64,000 nt of DNA, from positions 1-64,000 of IMG/VR virus record IMGVR_UViG_3300042892_003815; one strand, given 5' to 3'. Below are positions 19,501 to 28,365 of this stretch, one piece after another (within the stretch, counting starts at the first letter, position 1; each line of letters opens with the position of its first letter). This DNA is from a virus. A model generated the notes under the pieces. The model ran no database searches. It was not told the origin of the DNA and saw only the letters and a list, made by a program, of their open reading frames with translations. Both the position numbers and the translations under genes were made by a program.

Positions 19501-22395
19501 ATAGATGGTAACACAAGACAACTACAAACGGTTTATAATTTACCAGGAGTTATTGATTATATATTATATGAGCCTGCAAATGAGTCTATATTTTTATATG
19601 ATTCTACAAATCTATATAAAATTGATAATGGTACACTTGTTTCCTTATCAGTTACAACACAAGTATTTAATGATATTATTTTTAATAACTTGACTGGTGA
19701 TATGAATATTTCGGATTCATCTTTTGATGTAACAAAGTTGGCACTAGATGGTAGTATTTTAAGACAGACTAATATTGCAAACTATGGATATATGGCACTA
19801 AATCAATATGATGGTGCAATTTATATATCATCACAAAATGGAAACTCAGTAGTTGTTATAGATTCAATAACACAACAATTAGTTTACTTGAATTCACTTG
19901 CGGCGCCAACAACAAAAATAATTTATAATCCTGATAGAAAATCTATGTGGGTATTACAACCATCATTTAATCAAATTGTTGAGATTGTTGTAGAATTAAA
20001 CAATGATGCTACGGTAATAGTCGCAACTGCAAGTTATATAAGTGATAATTTATATGGTACTTTAGATCCTAATTTTAAAGAAAGAGATGATATGTGGTTA
20101 AAAACCAGAGATTATTTTAGAAGACCTAGAGAGAATTTCACAGATGATTATAGAGTACAATATTATTGGAAATGGTTTTCTGATAATGTACCACAATTCT
20201 TTTTATATGACTTTTCTGGTGATCAATTATCTAGAACTACGACTGGATCATATTCGTATATTGGACAAACACCTTTAAATAATATTGTTTTAAATAGAAA
20301 TTCTAATACTGATATATCTAAAGTATCTATATCTGAATACCAACAAACAATCTTTGATAAAATTGAATATTCATTAAGTTATATTGATGATGAAGTTGAT
20401 ATTTCCACGTCGGTAGAACCACTTCAATTATTTGTTGGTTTTCAATCACAAAATGAGGGTGCTCTTCGTTCTATACTACAATTGTATAAAAAAGAAGATA
20501 TAAACTTTACTATTGAGACTAAAGAGGATACAGAGGTAATTCTACAAACATTAGATGTAAATGGTCCAGATAAAAGAGGTTTAATATCACTTAGTTCATA
20601 TTCAACAGAGTACTTTACTGATAAAGGATTAAAACCAGGTCAACATATTGTTATCTATCTTAAAGATAAAACTAGTCATATAAATCAATATTTATCATAT
20701 AATAATGGTACTTTACTTAAAATTAGAGAAGTTTATTCAAAATCTTTAATAGTAGATTTCTTTAATTTAACAACTGATATTTTGGAATTAGAATCAACAA
20801 CTGTTAATCATCCAACTGAGAATGATGTGCTTTATTTAAGTTTTGGTATTAAAGTTATTGATAAAGAAATTGGTAGATTTTTTACTTATGGTCAAACAGA
20901 GGAAGAAGATATTAGACATAAGATTGAATTAGGTAATGTTGGTAAACTAATCTCACCAGATGATGTATTTATATTTAAACAATATGATATTGAAGAAGGT
21001 GGTATTGACTGGGTTTATTTGAATATGAAGAGAAAGGAAATGTTGATGATGAAGCATTTAATATACCCTTATATCGGATCTTATAAATCAATCATAAATG
21101 CTATAAACTTCTTTGGTTATAATGATTTACAATTAAATGAGTATTATAGAAATATTGATGCTAGTTCTGCTAATTTTTTAAAATTATTTAAAGTTGAGAT
21201 TCCTGATATCTTTGACAATAGTGTTGAGGGTTGGACTGAGAATGACTTTATTAAACATACGATGCCGAATGATAACTTTGAAGATACTAATTTATTTAAT
21301 TTAACATACTTTATTACTGATAAAGAAGGTAATAATACTTTGAATTATACATTAGATGAGGTTATTATAAAACTTCAAGGATTGAAATATTGGTTAAAGA
21401 AAAATATTATACCTTTAACACATAAGATACTTGATATCACCGGTAATGCTTATTTTACTGGAGGAACTCAAATACAACATAAATTACAAGATACTAGAAT
21501 AGTCAATATTTATGATAATATGACACCAATTACATCTAAATTAGATGAGGCTTATCTTATGCCAGTAAATAGTGGTTCTACTGTTTATAACTGTGTATTG
21601 GATTTCTACTCAATTATTCCTGAGGTTGGTGCAGATAAAACTAAAAATGGCTTGGTTATTCCACCAAAACCTTTTAATGGTAAAATATTAAATTTACCAG
21701 ATTACTTTACTATTAAAATTAGAACTTATAAAACATATAAAGAATGGGCCCCATTTGTTAGTTATGATTTTGGTGATAGGGTTACTTACTATGGTAAGTT
21801 ATATGAATCTATTTATCAGACTGTAGAGTTTAATAATTTAACAAGAGTTTACGAGTTAGTACAGAGTACCAATAAAGTAAATTCTCCTAGAAAATATGAA
21901 AATGTTACTTCTTGGGTATCCAATCAGTCCTATTTAGAAACAAGTTTAGTTGAATACAATAGAGATATTTATGTTTTATTAAGTCCGACTCAATCAAATA
22001 CTACACCTTATTCTGATTTTACTAATAATCTTTCAAGTGGAACTTATATTTGGAAGAATGTAACAGAATGGAAAGAAATCGATTGGGATCCAGTTCAGAC
22101 TATTTCTGAGTTTAGACAAGGAAATGATTTATTGCCATTCAATTTTACATTGGATTCAAATATTGATCCATTTGTAACTGTTGAGGTAATATCAGACAAT
22201 GGATATGGTTGTATTTATAATGATAAAAAGAATTATGAAATAAGAGGATTAAAGGATTTAGTAGAACCTTATAAACCTATTGAAACAATAGGACCATTTG
22301 AACCTATTATAATCAATACTAATACACCTGCACTACCTCGACGTTCATTCTCTTCAATCTTTTTTCAAGAGATCGAAGAGATTATTCGACCCTAA
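16534..22395 (+). CDS. 1953-aa virion structural protein, baseplate wedge/tail-associated
   Basis: Beta-propeller-like repeats, CBM5/12-like motifs (YNLDDQVTFNGKLYQC; YDFGDRVTYYGKLYES), YPYIGSYKSIINAINFFGY resembles baseplate wedge (gp7/P2 I-like) motif; late box upstream. Confidence 0.6.
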   Translation: MSSHENLYFFNKQGDALNFRYDETTQLFQGDILFDENSTDTFKTYALYTLERIPSFEFESPGELGTNKFQLFNEYGFQFYGCTNSLDKQITKIEPVNNDPDFYSKWIYGNNFESIFPVGTLVIFNQSLLEFTNTEQTFVVVGTKKNAILIISTVDNSTFETTYYGDYSDNSLYVGKTISGINAVGIYNYIDTNYVNNLSPWNEPNFYDKVYRGKKLNVVNSNINDGIYTIKGPEITDIIHFEYLTSPALLPTNSDLIIEVVLGTDLPKLYDGGLEITADGKILVTDYIHYPTALKSGQEFKVVGSVTNENFFTTVDTYDFTSNNNIKFYNLDDQVTFNGKLYQCVLAYTHSHADESTRFINPSNDNIHWSNPTYIRVNESTVDESLLFAQIYLTKEKYYYDYGFTQSSSATLAAAAEKYKTDLSIFNVDLYYDKGYLKGDLVYPSRYAVVNFYHTQVGPTYSIGDEYRSFERLIEVNETLIPEFNYDYSENFKYNIVFTDLDEYGLKIIINKMVYEEEISYVYTGIGLDLPRTIDRTLRNWLTRNYITLYKLGINAELEYTYVVGGPISSVFFNSIVIKTEYPNVPIDVSSVLVGTTANYFIEHSRVLFNNLGPSLNVKINNKDYIVQSTTSSLSTATASVFDIPLTLKSWVDLYSNDLKEYGFFISNINSVLKFDIKQTDVAFDYTIITGKVNLPGLDDYRITKKIKGNQGTLVTSNEVILSATSSLSFEQEGFATGMVFSLNNTYWPWMNQEFAIEFLDPHVLNLSYQGPFWDYNNTICNKSPFVTIAFNLGFGQTECDPISSTGGGQFNQYQFSDTQFNINFYPNTYTVTEYESTTNLVDIKYIQLSETVLSLGDDLVIHDSYSGTYITTITLDGNTDSIKMEFNPINNYVYCLSLNKVWIVDPSTNYLLTSFSLVYNAVDLLVNPDSGDVYISYSNLSKVHIFKSTTFNSVQDYTVDSVFGSTGKMCYNEFENDIYVVTLDNILRIDGNTRQLQTVYNLPGVIDYILYEPANESIFLYDSTNLYKIDNGTLVSLSVTTQVFNDIIFNNLTGDMNISDSSFDVTKLALDGSILRQTNIANYGYMALNQYDGAIYISSQNGNSVVVIDSITQQLVYLNSLAAPTTKIIYNPDRKSMWVLQPSFNQIVEIVVELNNDATVIVATASYISDNLYGTLDPNFKERDDMWLKTRDYFRRPRENFTDDYRVQYYWKWFSDNVPQFFLYDFSGDQLSRTTTGSYSYIGQTPLNNIVLNRNSNTDISKVSISEYQQTIFDKIEYSLSYIDDEVDISTSVEPLQLFVGFQSQNEGALRSILQLYKKEDINFTIETKEDTEVILQTLDVNGPDKRGLISLSSYSTEYFTDKGLKPGQHIVIYLKDKTSHINQYLSYNNGTLLKIREVYSKSLIVDFFNLTTDILELESTTVNHPTENDVLYLSFGIKVIDKEIGRFFTYGQTEEEDIRHKIELGNVGKLISPDDVFIFKQYDIEEGGIDWVYLNMKRKEMLMMKHLIYPYIGSYKSIINAINFFGYNDLQLNEYYRNIDASSANFLKLFKVEIPDIFDNSVEGWTENDFIKHTMPNDNFEDTNLFNLTYFITDKEGNNTLNYTLDEVIIKLQGLKYWLKKNIIPLTHKILDITGNAYFTGGTQIQHKLQDTRIVNIYDNMTPITSKLDEAYLMPVNSGSTVYNCVLDFYSIIPEVGADKTKNGLVIPPKPFNGKILNLPDYFTIKIRTYKTYKEWAPFVSYDFGDRVTYYGKLYESIYQTVEFNNLTRVYELVQSTNKVNSPRKYENVTSWVSNQSYLETSLVEYNRDIYVLLSPTQSNTTPYSDFTNNLSSGTYIWKNVTEWKEIDWDPVQTISEFRQGNDLLPFNFTLDSNIDPFVTVEVISDNGYGCIYNDKKNYEIRGLKDLVEPYKPIETIGPFEPIIINTNTPALPRRSFSSIFFQEIEEIIRP

Positions 22396-22398
22396 AAT

Positions 22399-22431
22399 AA
22401 AAAAACCCTTAGATTTCTCTAAGGGTTTTTT
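22399..22431. terminator. bidirectional terminator
   Basis: AAAAAAACCCTTAGA-TTTC-TCTAAGGGTTTTTT. Confidence 0.85.
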
Positions 22432-22432
22432 A

Positions 22433-23089
22433 TTATTTTACTTCTTCAAATTCAATTTCTGTTTGATTACTAACTTCTTTAGAAACTCCTTCTTCAAAAC
22501 AAGCAACCCAGTCTAAAACATCTGTTGCAACATTTTTTCCAATAGTATCATAATAGTTAAAAACTTTACTAACAGCACCAATTCTTTTAAGAATTTCAGA
22601 AAATGTATAAGTATCTTTTGTAAGACCTTTAACTTTATGTTCTGCAATTAAGTGATAGATGTATGTTATCTCTGTAGCATCTACTAAGAATGGAATAGAT
22701 TCTGTATCATTTGTGAATTTATCAGATCTCATAGTTCCTAATATATCTGTTAGTTCGATTGCTAAGAATACGGTATTTACATCATATTCTAATTTACTTT
22801 GGATTAAATCACTTAAAAATTTCCATTGAACTCTATTTAAGTTAAAGTTATACTTAGTTGATTTTAATGCATTTGTATATTCAATACAAAGTTCTTGTGC
22901 ACTTTTATAAAGATTATCCTTTTCTAGATCTGTTTTACCTTTACCATCATTATTTTTGATAAAGTCTAATATTGTTTGATATTTATTATCTAGATTAGAT
23001 TCAAAATCTTCACCAATATTTCTATAATCCATATCATTTTCTGTAAAAATAACACTTGGTTTAATTACATTTGTTTGTATATCTGACAT
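22433..23089 (-). CDS. hypothetical protein
   Basis: 218-aa ORF, ends at terminator. Confidence 0.7.
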   Translation of the reverse strand: MSDIQTNVIKPSVIFTENDMDYRNIGEDFESNLDNKYQTILDFIKNNDGKGKTDLEKDNLYKSAQELCIEYTNALKSTKYNFNLNRVQWKFLSDLIQSKLEYDVNTVFLAIELTDILGTMRSDKFTNDTESIPFLVDATEITYIYHLIAEHKVKGLTKDTYTFSEILKRIGAVSKVFNYYDTIGKNVATDVLDWVACFEEGVSKEVSNQTEIEFEEVK

Positions 23090-23105
23090 ACTTTTTTAAT
23101 TATTT

Positions 23106-23531
23106 TTATACGATAAAATCGTTATCTTGGTCTTCCTTTTGTTCAACAAAAAGTGCTTCAACTTGATTGGCTCTACTAACTTTTTCGACACCATATTTTA
23201 CTACGATTGAAGAGAATGTATTAAAGTCAGTTCCTACTAATTTAATTTTACCACTTTCTAAGTTCATGTTGATTTTATCAATTTCTTGTTCAATTAGAAT
23301 TGTTCTTGATTCTTCATCAAATGCATCCATTAAATCTTCATTGATAGTAACTTTTAAATCTTTTTTAAGAACAAATGCGTAATCATCTGCAATCTTGGCG
23401 ATTTTAATAAGTTGTTTTTGTTTTTTTACTCCGATGAATTGGAAGTCAATTTGTACCGGAAATGTTTTTTTATTAAAAACATCGAAAAAATCATTTATTG
23501 TATCTTCTGATAGCTCATAAAAATTATCCAT
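23106..23531 (-). CDS. phage metallopeptidase-like protein with degenerate zinc motif
   Basis: VTINEDLMDAFDEESRTILIEQEIDKI occupies the position of HEL-x-H; middle promoter upstream. Confidence 0.45.
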   Translation of the reverse strand: MDNFYELSEDTINDFFDVFNKKTFPVQIDFQFIGVKKQKQLIKIAKIADDYAFVLKKDLKVTINEDLMDAFDEESRTILIEQEIDKINMNLESGKIKLVGTDFNTFSSIVVKYGVEKVSRANQVEALFVEQKEDQDNDFIV

Positions 23532-23579
23532 ATTATATTTTATATTTTTATATTATAAAAAAATATGAAAGAAAGTTTA

Positions 23580-24011
23580 CTAATTTTTAAGTAAAAAGTA
23601 AGATATGATGCCTAATATTGTTAAGAATGGAATAAATTTATAATATAAGTTATTATAAAATTCATTGCTTTGGAATAAAGAAAATCCAATTACAATTAAA
23701 TAAGAATATTTATCTACTTTTTTAATCTCATATGATCTAAAAAGTTCAACTAATCCTTTAGAGTTTAAGAATCGTGCAACTTCTGCACTATACTCTCTAA
23801 TATAAGTTTCTGATATTCTGTCAATATCTGATTTTTTTAGTGAATAAGCTTCACCAATAAGTTCTTCAGGAACATTTAATACTGTGTACAATCTATATGC
23901 GTTATCTACTCTTATATTTAGATTACTTTCAAGATCTACTTTATTTTGTTTAACTATTTTTCTATAAGATAGAAAAAGTTTTATTTTTTTTAAAAAAGAT
24001 ATTTTATTCAT
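23580..24011 (-). CDS. membrane protein with C-terminal TM helix
   Basis: FIPFLTILGIISYFLL hydrophobic C-terminus. Confidence 0.65.
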   Translation of the reverse strand: MNKISFLKKIKLFLSYRKIVKQNKVDLESNLNIRVDNAYRLYTVLNVPEELIGEAYSLKKSDIDRISETYIREYSAEVARFLNSKGLVELFRSYEIKKVDKYSYLIVIGFSLFQSNEFYNNLYYKFIPFLTILGIISYFLLKN

Positions 24012-24055
24012 AATTAATTATATATATTTATATTACATTTGTTTAGAGTGAATTA

Positions 24056-27000
24056 TTACCAGTTAAACCAACCACCACCTCCGCTATTCCCGCCACCGGA
24101 TACACTAGTAGTTTGTACTTTACCTTCAGCTGCACCAGAAACATGTTGATCTAAAGTCATAGTAGTTTGATTTATATTACCTAATAATTGAATAATCATA
24201 TCAAGTTGTGCATGAGTATCCATTTTTGATTTACCTCCTGGTTTTCCTGGTGTTGTAGGTGCTGCTTTTTTGTCTCCAACTGCAGGACGTTTTGTTTTCG
24301 TACCATCATATTCAACCAACTTACTAAATACACTTGCTCTTTCTTCAAGAGTTTTCATCATATTTTCTAAATTATCCTGATTCATTGAAGCTAATACTGC
24401 TAAATTACCAGTTAGATTTCTTATTAGGTTGACCTTCTTACCATCTATTGATGAAAGTGCCCCACCAAATTTCTTCAATGATGTTGCTAACTTATCATAA
24501 GCTCCTGCAATAGTAATCATGCCTTTTGCCGCTTGTGAAATAGGATCTAAACCAAGTAATGATTTAACTCCACCGAAAACACCAGAATTTTTATTAGTAC
24601 TAGTTAAGTAATTTGCTAGTTTTGCATAGTCCATTACGTTTTTAGATAAATTCTTCATATAATTAGGATCAATATTTTTTGAAAAATATTGCCTTCCTGA
24701 CCATATAGTTTTTGCTACTTTTACTAATGAAAGTGCCACTAAATTAGTTTTTGCTAATCCCATTAAACTAGTACTTGCTAAACGACTACTTAAATTCCTA
24801 TATCCGGTTAAGTTTCTCGTTAAACTTGTAACAAAAGTAGTATTCATGGTGGTAAAATATCTCTTATTATTGGCTATAGTTTTAGCAGTATTTATTAATG
24901 ATCTTGTAACTAAGTTAATCTTTGTAATTGCAATGATTCCTATACCACTTGCAGTTTTTGCAATATTGGAAAATCCTTTAAATGAGGCGGCCACTGAATT
25001 AATCCAATCTTTACTTGGATATGAAGTAAATAGACCCTTACTAAAAACTTTATCAATATCTACTATTGCTTCTGCAACATCAGTAACACCACCTCCAAAA
25101 AAGTCTGCGAGTCCTCCTTTTAATACAGATAGAAATGATGTATCATCCATAATTTTTACAAATCCCGTTATAGAGTTTGCAACTCCATCTATCCAATCTT
25201 TGCTAGGAAACTTTTTAAATTTACCTTCTTCAAATATCTTATCTACTCCTAGTAATGTTGTTGCAACTGCCAAAATCGATAATGCACCCAAAACTATCAA
25301 TGGTAGAAAGATTGATAAACCAACTGCAATCAGTCCTGTATCAAGTATTGTTTTTGTAGCACCTTTTAACCAATCCTCATTAGGGAATTTTTTATATTTA
25401 CCTTCTTCAAATATCTTATCTACTGCAAGTATAGTTGCTGCAACTGCTAAGATAGAAACTGCTCCTATAATAATAAACGCTGCTAGTGGAGCTATTGCAG
25501 TTGCAATTAGTGCTAATCCTAGTATAATTGCAGTTGCACCCATTGCCCATTGAATTGATGGGAATTTCCCAACATCAAAATTACCTAGTCCAAATATTAA
25601 AGATACTCCTACAACAGTGGCTGCTACAAGAAGAATTACTCCTAAACCTGCATAGAAGAATGGATTTAAAACTTGTGTACCTAATAAGACCGCACCTATT
25701 CCAAAGGCGGCCAGACTTAAACCAACACCTAATGCCCACGAGACACTTGGATAATTTTCATATGCTCCTAGTCCTAGTATTAGTGAAGTTGCTACTATTA
25801 CTGCGGCAAGCACTAGTATTGCGGCGGCACCTAATGCAAGTGCAGCACCACCGATACCAGATTCGATTATTAAACCAAAAATAGTTGCTATTAAACCAAA
25901 TGCTAATATAGATGCTCCTGTACCAAGTAACCAATCCATGCCAGGATATGTATCATATTTACCCTCAGCGACTAAAAGTGATGATGCAGCGACAACGGCT
26001 GCTAATATAACAATACACAATCCACCTTCTATAATTTTCTTAACTCCTATTTTCGCGAGTACAAACGCAGCAAATCCCATTGCAATTGCAGATATTGCAA
26101 AAACAATAGAAAATACTACAATATTAAATAGTAGTGCATAATCAATTGGTGTAGTCTGTGCTAATATTTTAGAAGATAACATAATTGCAAGTGATAATGT
26201 CGTAAATAATAAAGGTAGTATAATAACATCCTTGGGTTTTATTTTTTCAATTGCGGGTGTCATTAGTTTAAGTGCAAATGCTAATACTACAAATACTATT
26301 GATATACCTATTGCAGTTAAAAATTGATCAAATCCTATAGGAGTTATTTTTGCTAAAAAGAATGATGATGCAGCTATTGCCATTGACATAGCAATTAGTA
26401 ATAAAGGCATAGATATTGCAGCAATTGCTACTTCTGCTGGATCTAATCCTTTAAACGCACCTATTAGTTTTTTGATTCCAAATGAAATTACTGTGAACAT
26501 TGCGGCAATTAAAATACCTGTTATTGCTTGTGCAAATGATATTGGAACTATCATCTGTAATACCCAAGATGATGCGGCAATACCCAATGCTATTGCAGGT
26601 AATATTAAAGGTAAAAATAAAATAGCTTTACCTAATGTTGTTATATCAGCACCTAGTGCATTTATTAGTTTTTTAATTCCAAACGCAATTACTGTAAACA
26701 TACCTGCAATTAAAATCGCTGTTATTGCTTGTCCGAATGATATAGGATTTATAAATGCTAATACCCAAGACGATAGTGTTATTCCTAACGCTATTGCAGG
26801 TAATAAAATTGGTAGAAAAACAATGGCTTTAACCAAAGTTCCTATATTCTCACCTAGTGCATTTATTAGTTTTTTAATTCCAAATGCAATTACTGTAAAC
26901 ATACCTGCAATTAAAATCGCTGTTATAGATTGTCCAAATGATATTGGTTTTATAAAAGATAGAACCCAAGATGATAGCATAATAGCTATAGACATTATAA

Positions 27001-27493
27001 CCATAACTTTACCAGCTACTATTGCCTCTTCAACGGTTATCTTGGCTTCTGCTACTTTCTGAAATGCGTGTGATATTAAAACGATTGCCAAACCAAGTGA
27101 GACGACTGATAAGAAGTCAACCTTGCCTATTATCTTAAATGCTAAACCAATTGCTAATACGGCAACTGCTATTAAAAGTATTGTAGTTACACCCTTTTTT
27201 AAATCACTCTGTTTTTTAGGATCTTCACCAGTTTCATCAATGGCATTTTTTTTGTCAGAGTCTTTCTGTTTCTGCATCTCTAAAATAGTGTTTTGTTTCT
27301 CCAAAATCTTTTTAGTGTCTGACTTAATAGATTTTAAGCTAACTGTAATTTCAGTTAGTTGTTTTGAGAAATTACCACTTTGTAAAGCATTTGTAGTTGT
27401 TGTATTACTACTATCTTTTTTTTCAAGTGCCTTTGAGATCATCTCAAGTGAATCTGATAAATTATTTAATGCTTCTAATAACTGTTTATCCAT
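24056..27493 (-). CDS. tape-measure-like protein with many hydrophobic segments
   Basis: Long Ala/Gly/Ile-rich helical protein with internal repeats; start moved to MDKQ (27493) because late box TAATATATAC lies 4 nt upstream. Confidence 0.6.
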   Translation of the reverse strand: MDKQLLEALNNLSDSLEMISKALEKKDSSNTTTTNALQSGNFSKQLTEITVSLKSIKSDTKKILEKQNTILEMQKQKDSDKKNAIDETGEDPKKQSDLKKGVTTILLIAVAVLAIGLAFKIIGKVDFLSVVSLGLAIVLISHAFQKVAEAKITVEEAIVAGKVMVIMSIAIMLSSWVLSFIKPISFGQSITAILIAGMFTVIAFGIKKLINALGENIGTLVKAIVFLPILLPAIALGITLSSWVLAFINPISFGQAITAILIAGMFTVIAFGIKKLINALGADITTLGKAILFLPLILPAIALGIAASSWVLQMIVPISFAQAITGILIAAMFTVISFGIKKLIGAFKGLDPAEVAIAAISMPLLLIAMSMAIAASSFFLAKITPIGFDQFLTAIGISIVFVVLAFALKLMTPAIEKIKPKDVIILPLLFTTLSLAIMLSSKILAQTTPIDYALLFNIVVFSIVFAISAIAMGFAAFVLAKIGVKKIIEGGLCIVILAAVVAASSLLVAEGKYDTYPGMDWLLGTGASILAFGLIATIFGLIIESGIGGAALALGAAAILVLAAVIVATSLILGLGAYENYPSVSWALGVGLSLAAFGIGAVLLGTQVLNPFFYAGLGVILLVAATVVGVSLIFGLGNFDVGKFPSIQWAMGATAIILGLALIATAIAPLAAFIIIGAVSILAVAATILAVDKIFEEGKYKKFPNEDWLKGATKTILDTGLIAVGLSIFLPLIVLGALSILAVATTLLGVDKIFEEGKFKKFPSKDWIDGVANSITGFVKIMDDTSFLSVLKGGLADFFGGGVTDVAEAIVDIDKVFSKGLFTSYPSKDWINSVAASFKGFSNIAKTASGIGIIAITKINLVTRSLINTAKTIANNKRYFTTMNTTFVTSLTRNLTGYRNLSSRLASTSLMGLAKTNLVALSLVKVAKTIWSGRQYFSKNIDPNYMKNLSKNVMDYAKLANYLTSTNKNSGVFGGVKSLLGLDPISQAAKGMITIAGAYDKLATSLKKFGGALSSIDGKKVNLIRNLTGNLAVLASMNQDNLENMMKTLEERASVFSKLVEYDGTKTKRPAVGDKKAAPTTPGKPGGKSKMDTHAQLDMIIQLLGNINQTTMTLDQHVSGAAEGKVQTTSVSGGGNSGGGGWFNW
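26450..26947 (-). repeat. three 201-bp (67-aa) intragenic repeats
   Basis: PISF(G/A)Q(S/A)IT(A/G)ILIA(G/A)MFTVI(A/S)FGIKKLI recurs; DNA matches at 26651 and 26852. Confidence 0.85.
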
Positions 27494-27584
27494 AAAAGTA
27501 TATATTAAAAAACTTAATCCTTTTAACATTTTATATATTTTTTACTATAATAAAAAATAATATATACTAAATAAAACAAATCAT

Positions 27585-28049
27585 ATGGAGATGGGACTAA
27601 AGAAGACTTTGAAGTACTATATTCTTGGTGAGTCTTTGAAGGAAATTGAAGCTAATCGTATTTTAGATAAAATTTCTAAAAAGAAAACACTCTCTGATAG
27701 AGAAAAAAGATTTTTGGAATTATATAATCATAAATCCGAAGAAACTCCTAAAGACCTTATGTACTTGTCTAAGAATACAACTTGTGAAAGAGTTAGAACT
27801 TTACTTGATACTGGTAAATCAGTAATCTGTGATTTAAGTGATAGAAATGGTAAAATTGGATTACAGATTTTAAATATAGAGAATGTTCATACTGATGATG
27901 ATTGTACTATATTTATGAAAGGTAATGAAACATATAGACTCCAAGATAGATTTTTATACAACATAATTTATAATCAAAAATTAAACAAGTATTCTCTTCA
28001 AGAGCAAGGTGAATATTATGAAAAAATAGAACAAAATAATGAAGATTAA
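27585..28049 (+). CDS. hypothetical protein
   Basis: 154-aa ORF preceded by middle and late boxes. Confidence 0.7.
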   Translation: MEMGLKKTLKYYILGESLKEIEANRILDKISKKKTLSDREKRFLELYNHKSEETPKDLMYLSKNTTCERVRTLLDTGKSVICDLSDRNGKIGLQILNIENVHTDDDCTIFMKGNETYRLQDRFLYNIIYNQKLNKYSLQEQGEYYEKIEQNNED

Positions 28050-28320
28050 AACATTTGATAACTTTGTAAATGAAGTAAGTGGTACTGAATTAGTTGGTCC
28101 AGAAATGGGTATGGGATTTGGTACAACCCCACTAAATAACAATACAATAAGTTCATCAGATAGTTTAGTTATTTTTAGTGATATAGATAATAAAATTTAT
28201 ACATTAGATGATTATAATCAACTATATCAAGACTATTTAAAAGTAGGTGGTAGTCCACTAAATGGATTTACCAAAGAGAATTTAGAAAAAGTTATAGTTT
28301 CTTTGCAGGAACAACAGTAG
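28039..28320 (+). CDS. small protein with capsid-targeting-like N-terminal motif
   Basis: Starts MKIKTFDNFVNE. Confidence 0.7.
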   Translation: MKIKTFDNFVNEVSGTELVGPEMGMGFGTTPLNNNTISSSDSLVIFSDIDNKIYTLDDYNQLYQDYLKVGGSPLNGFTKENLEKVIVSLQEQQ

Positions 28321-28365
28321 AATACAATATATATAACAAATTGATAAAAAAACAGAAATCAAGTT

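Noticed and set aside
24846-27560. Plus-strand ORFs 24846..25553, 25528..25884, 25938..26141, 26472..27062, 27123..27560
   Set aside because: Antisense shadows of the tape-measure-like gene caused by its codon bias; no promoters or recognisable motifs.
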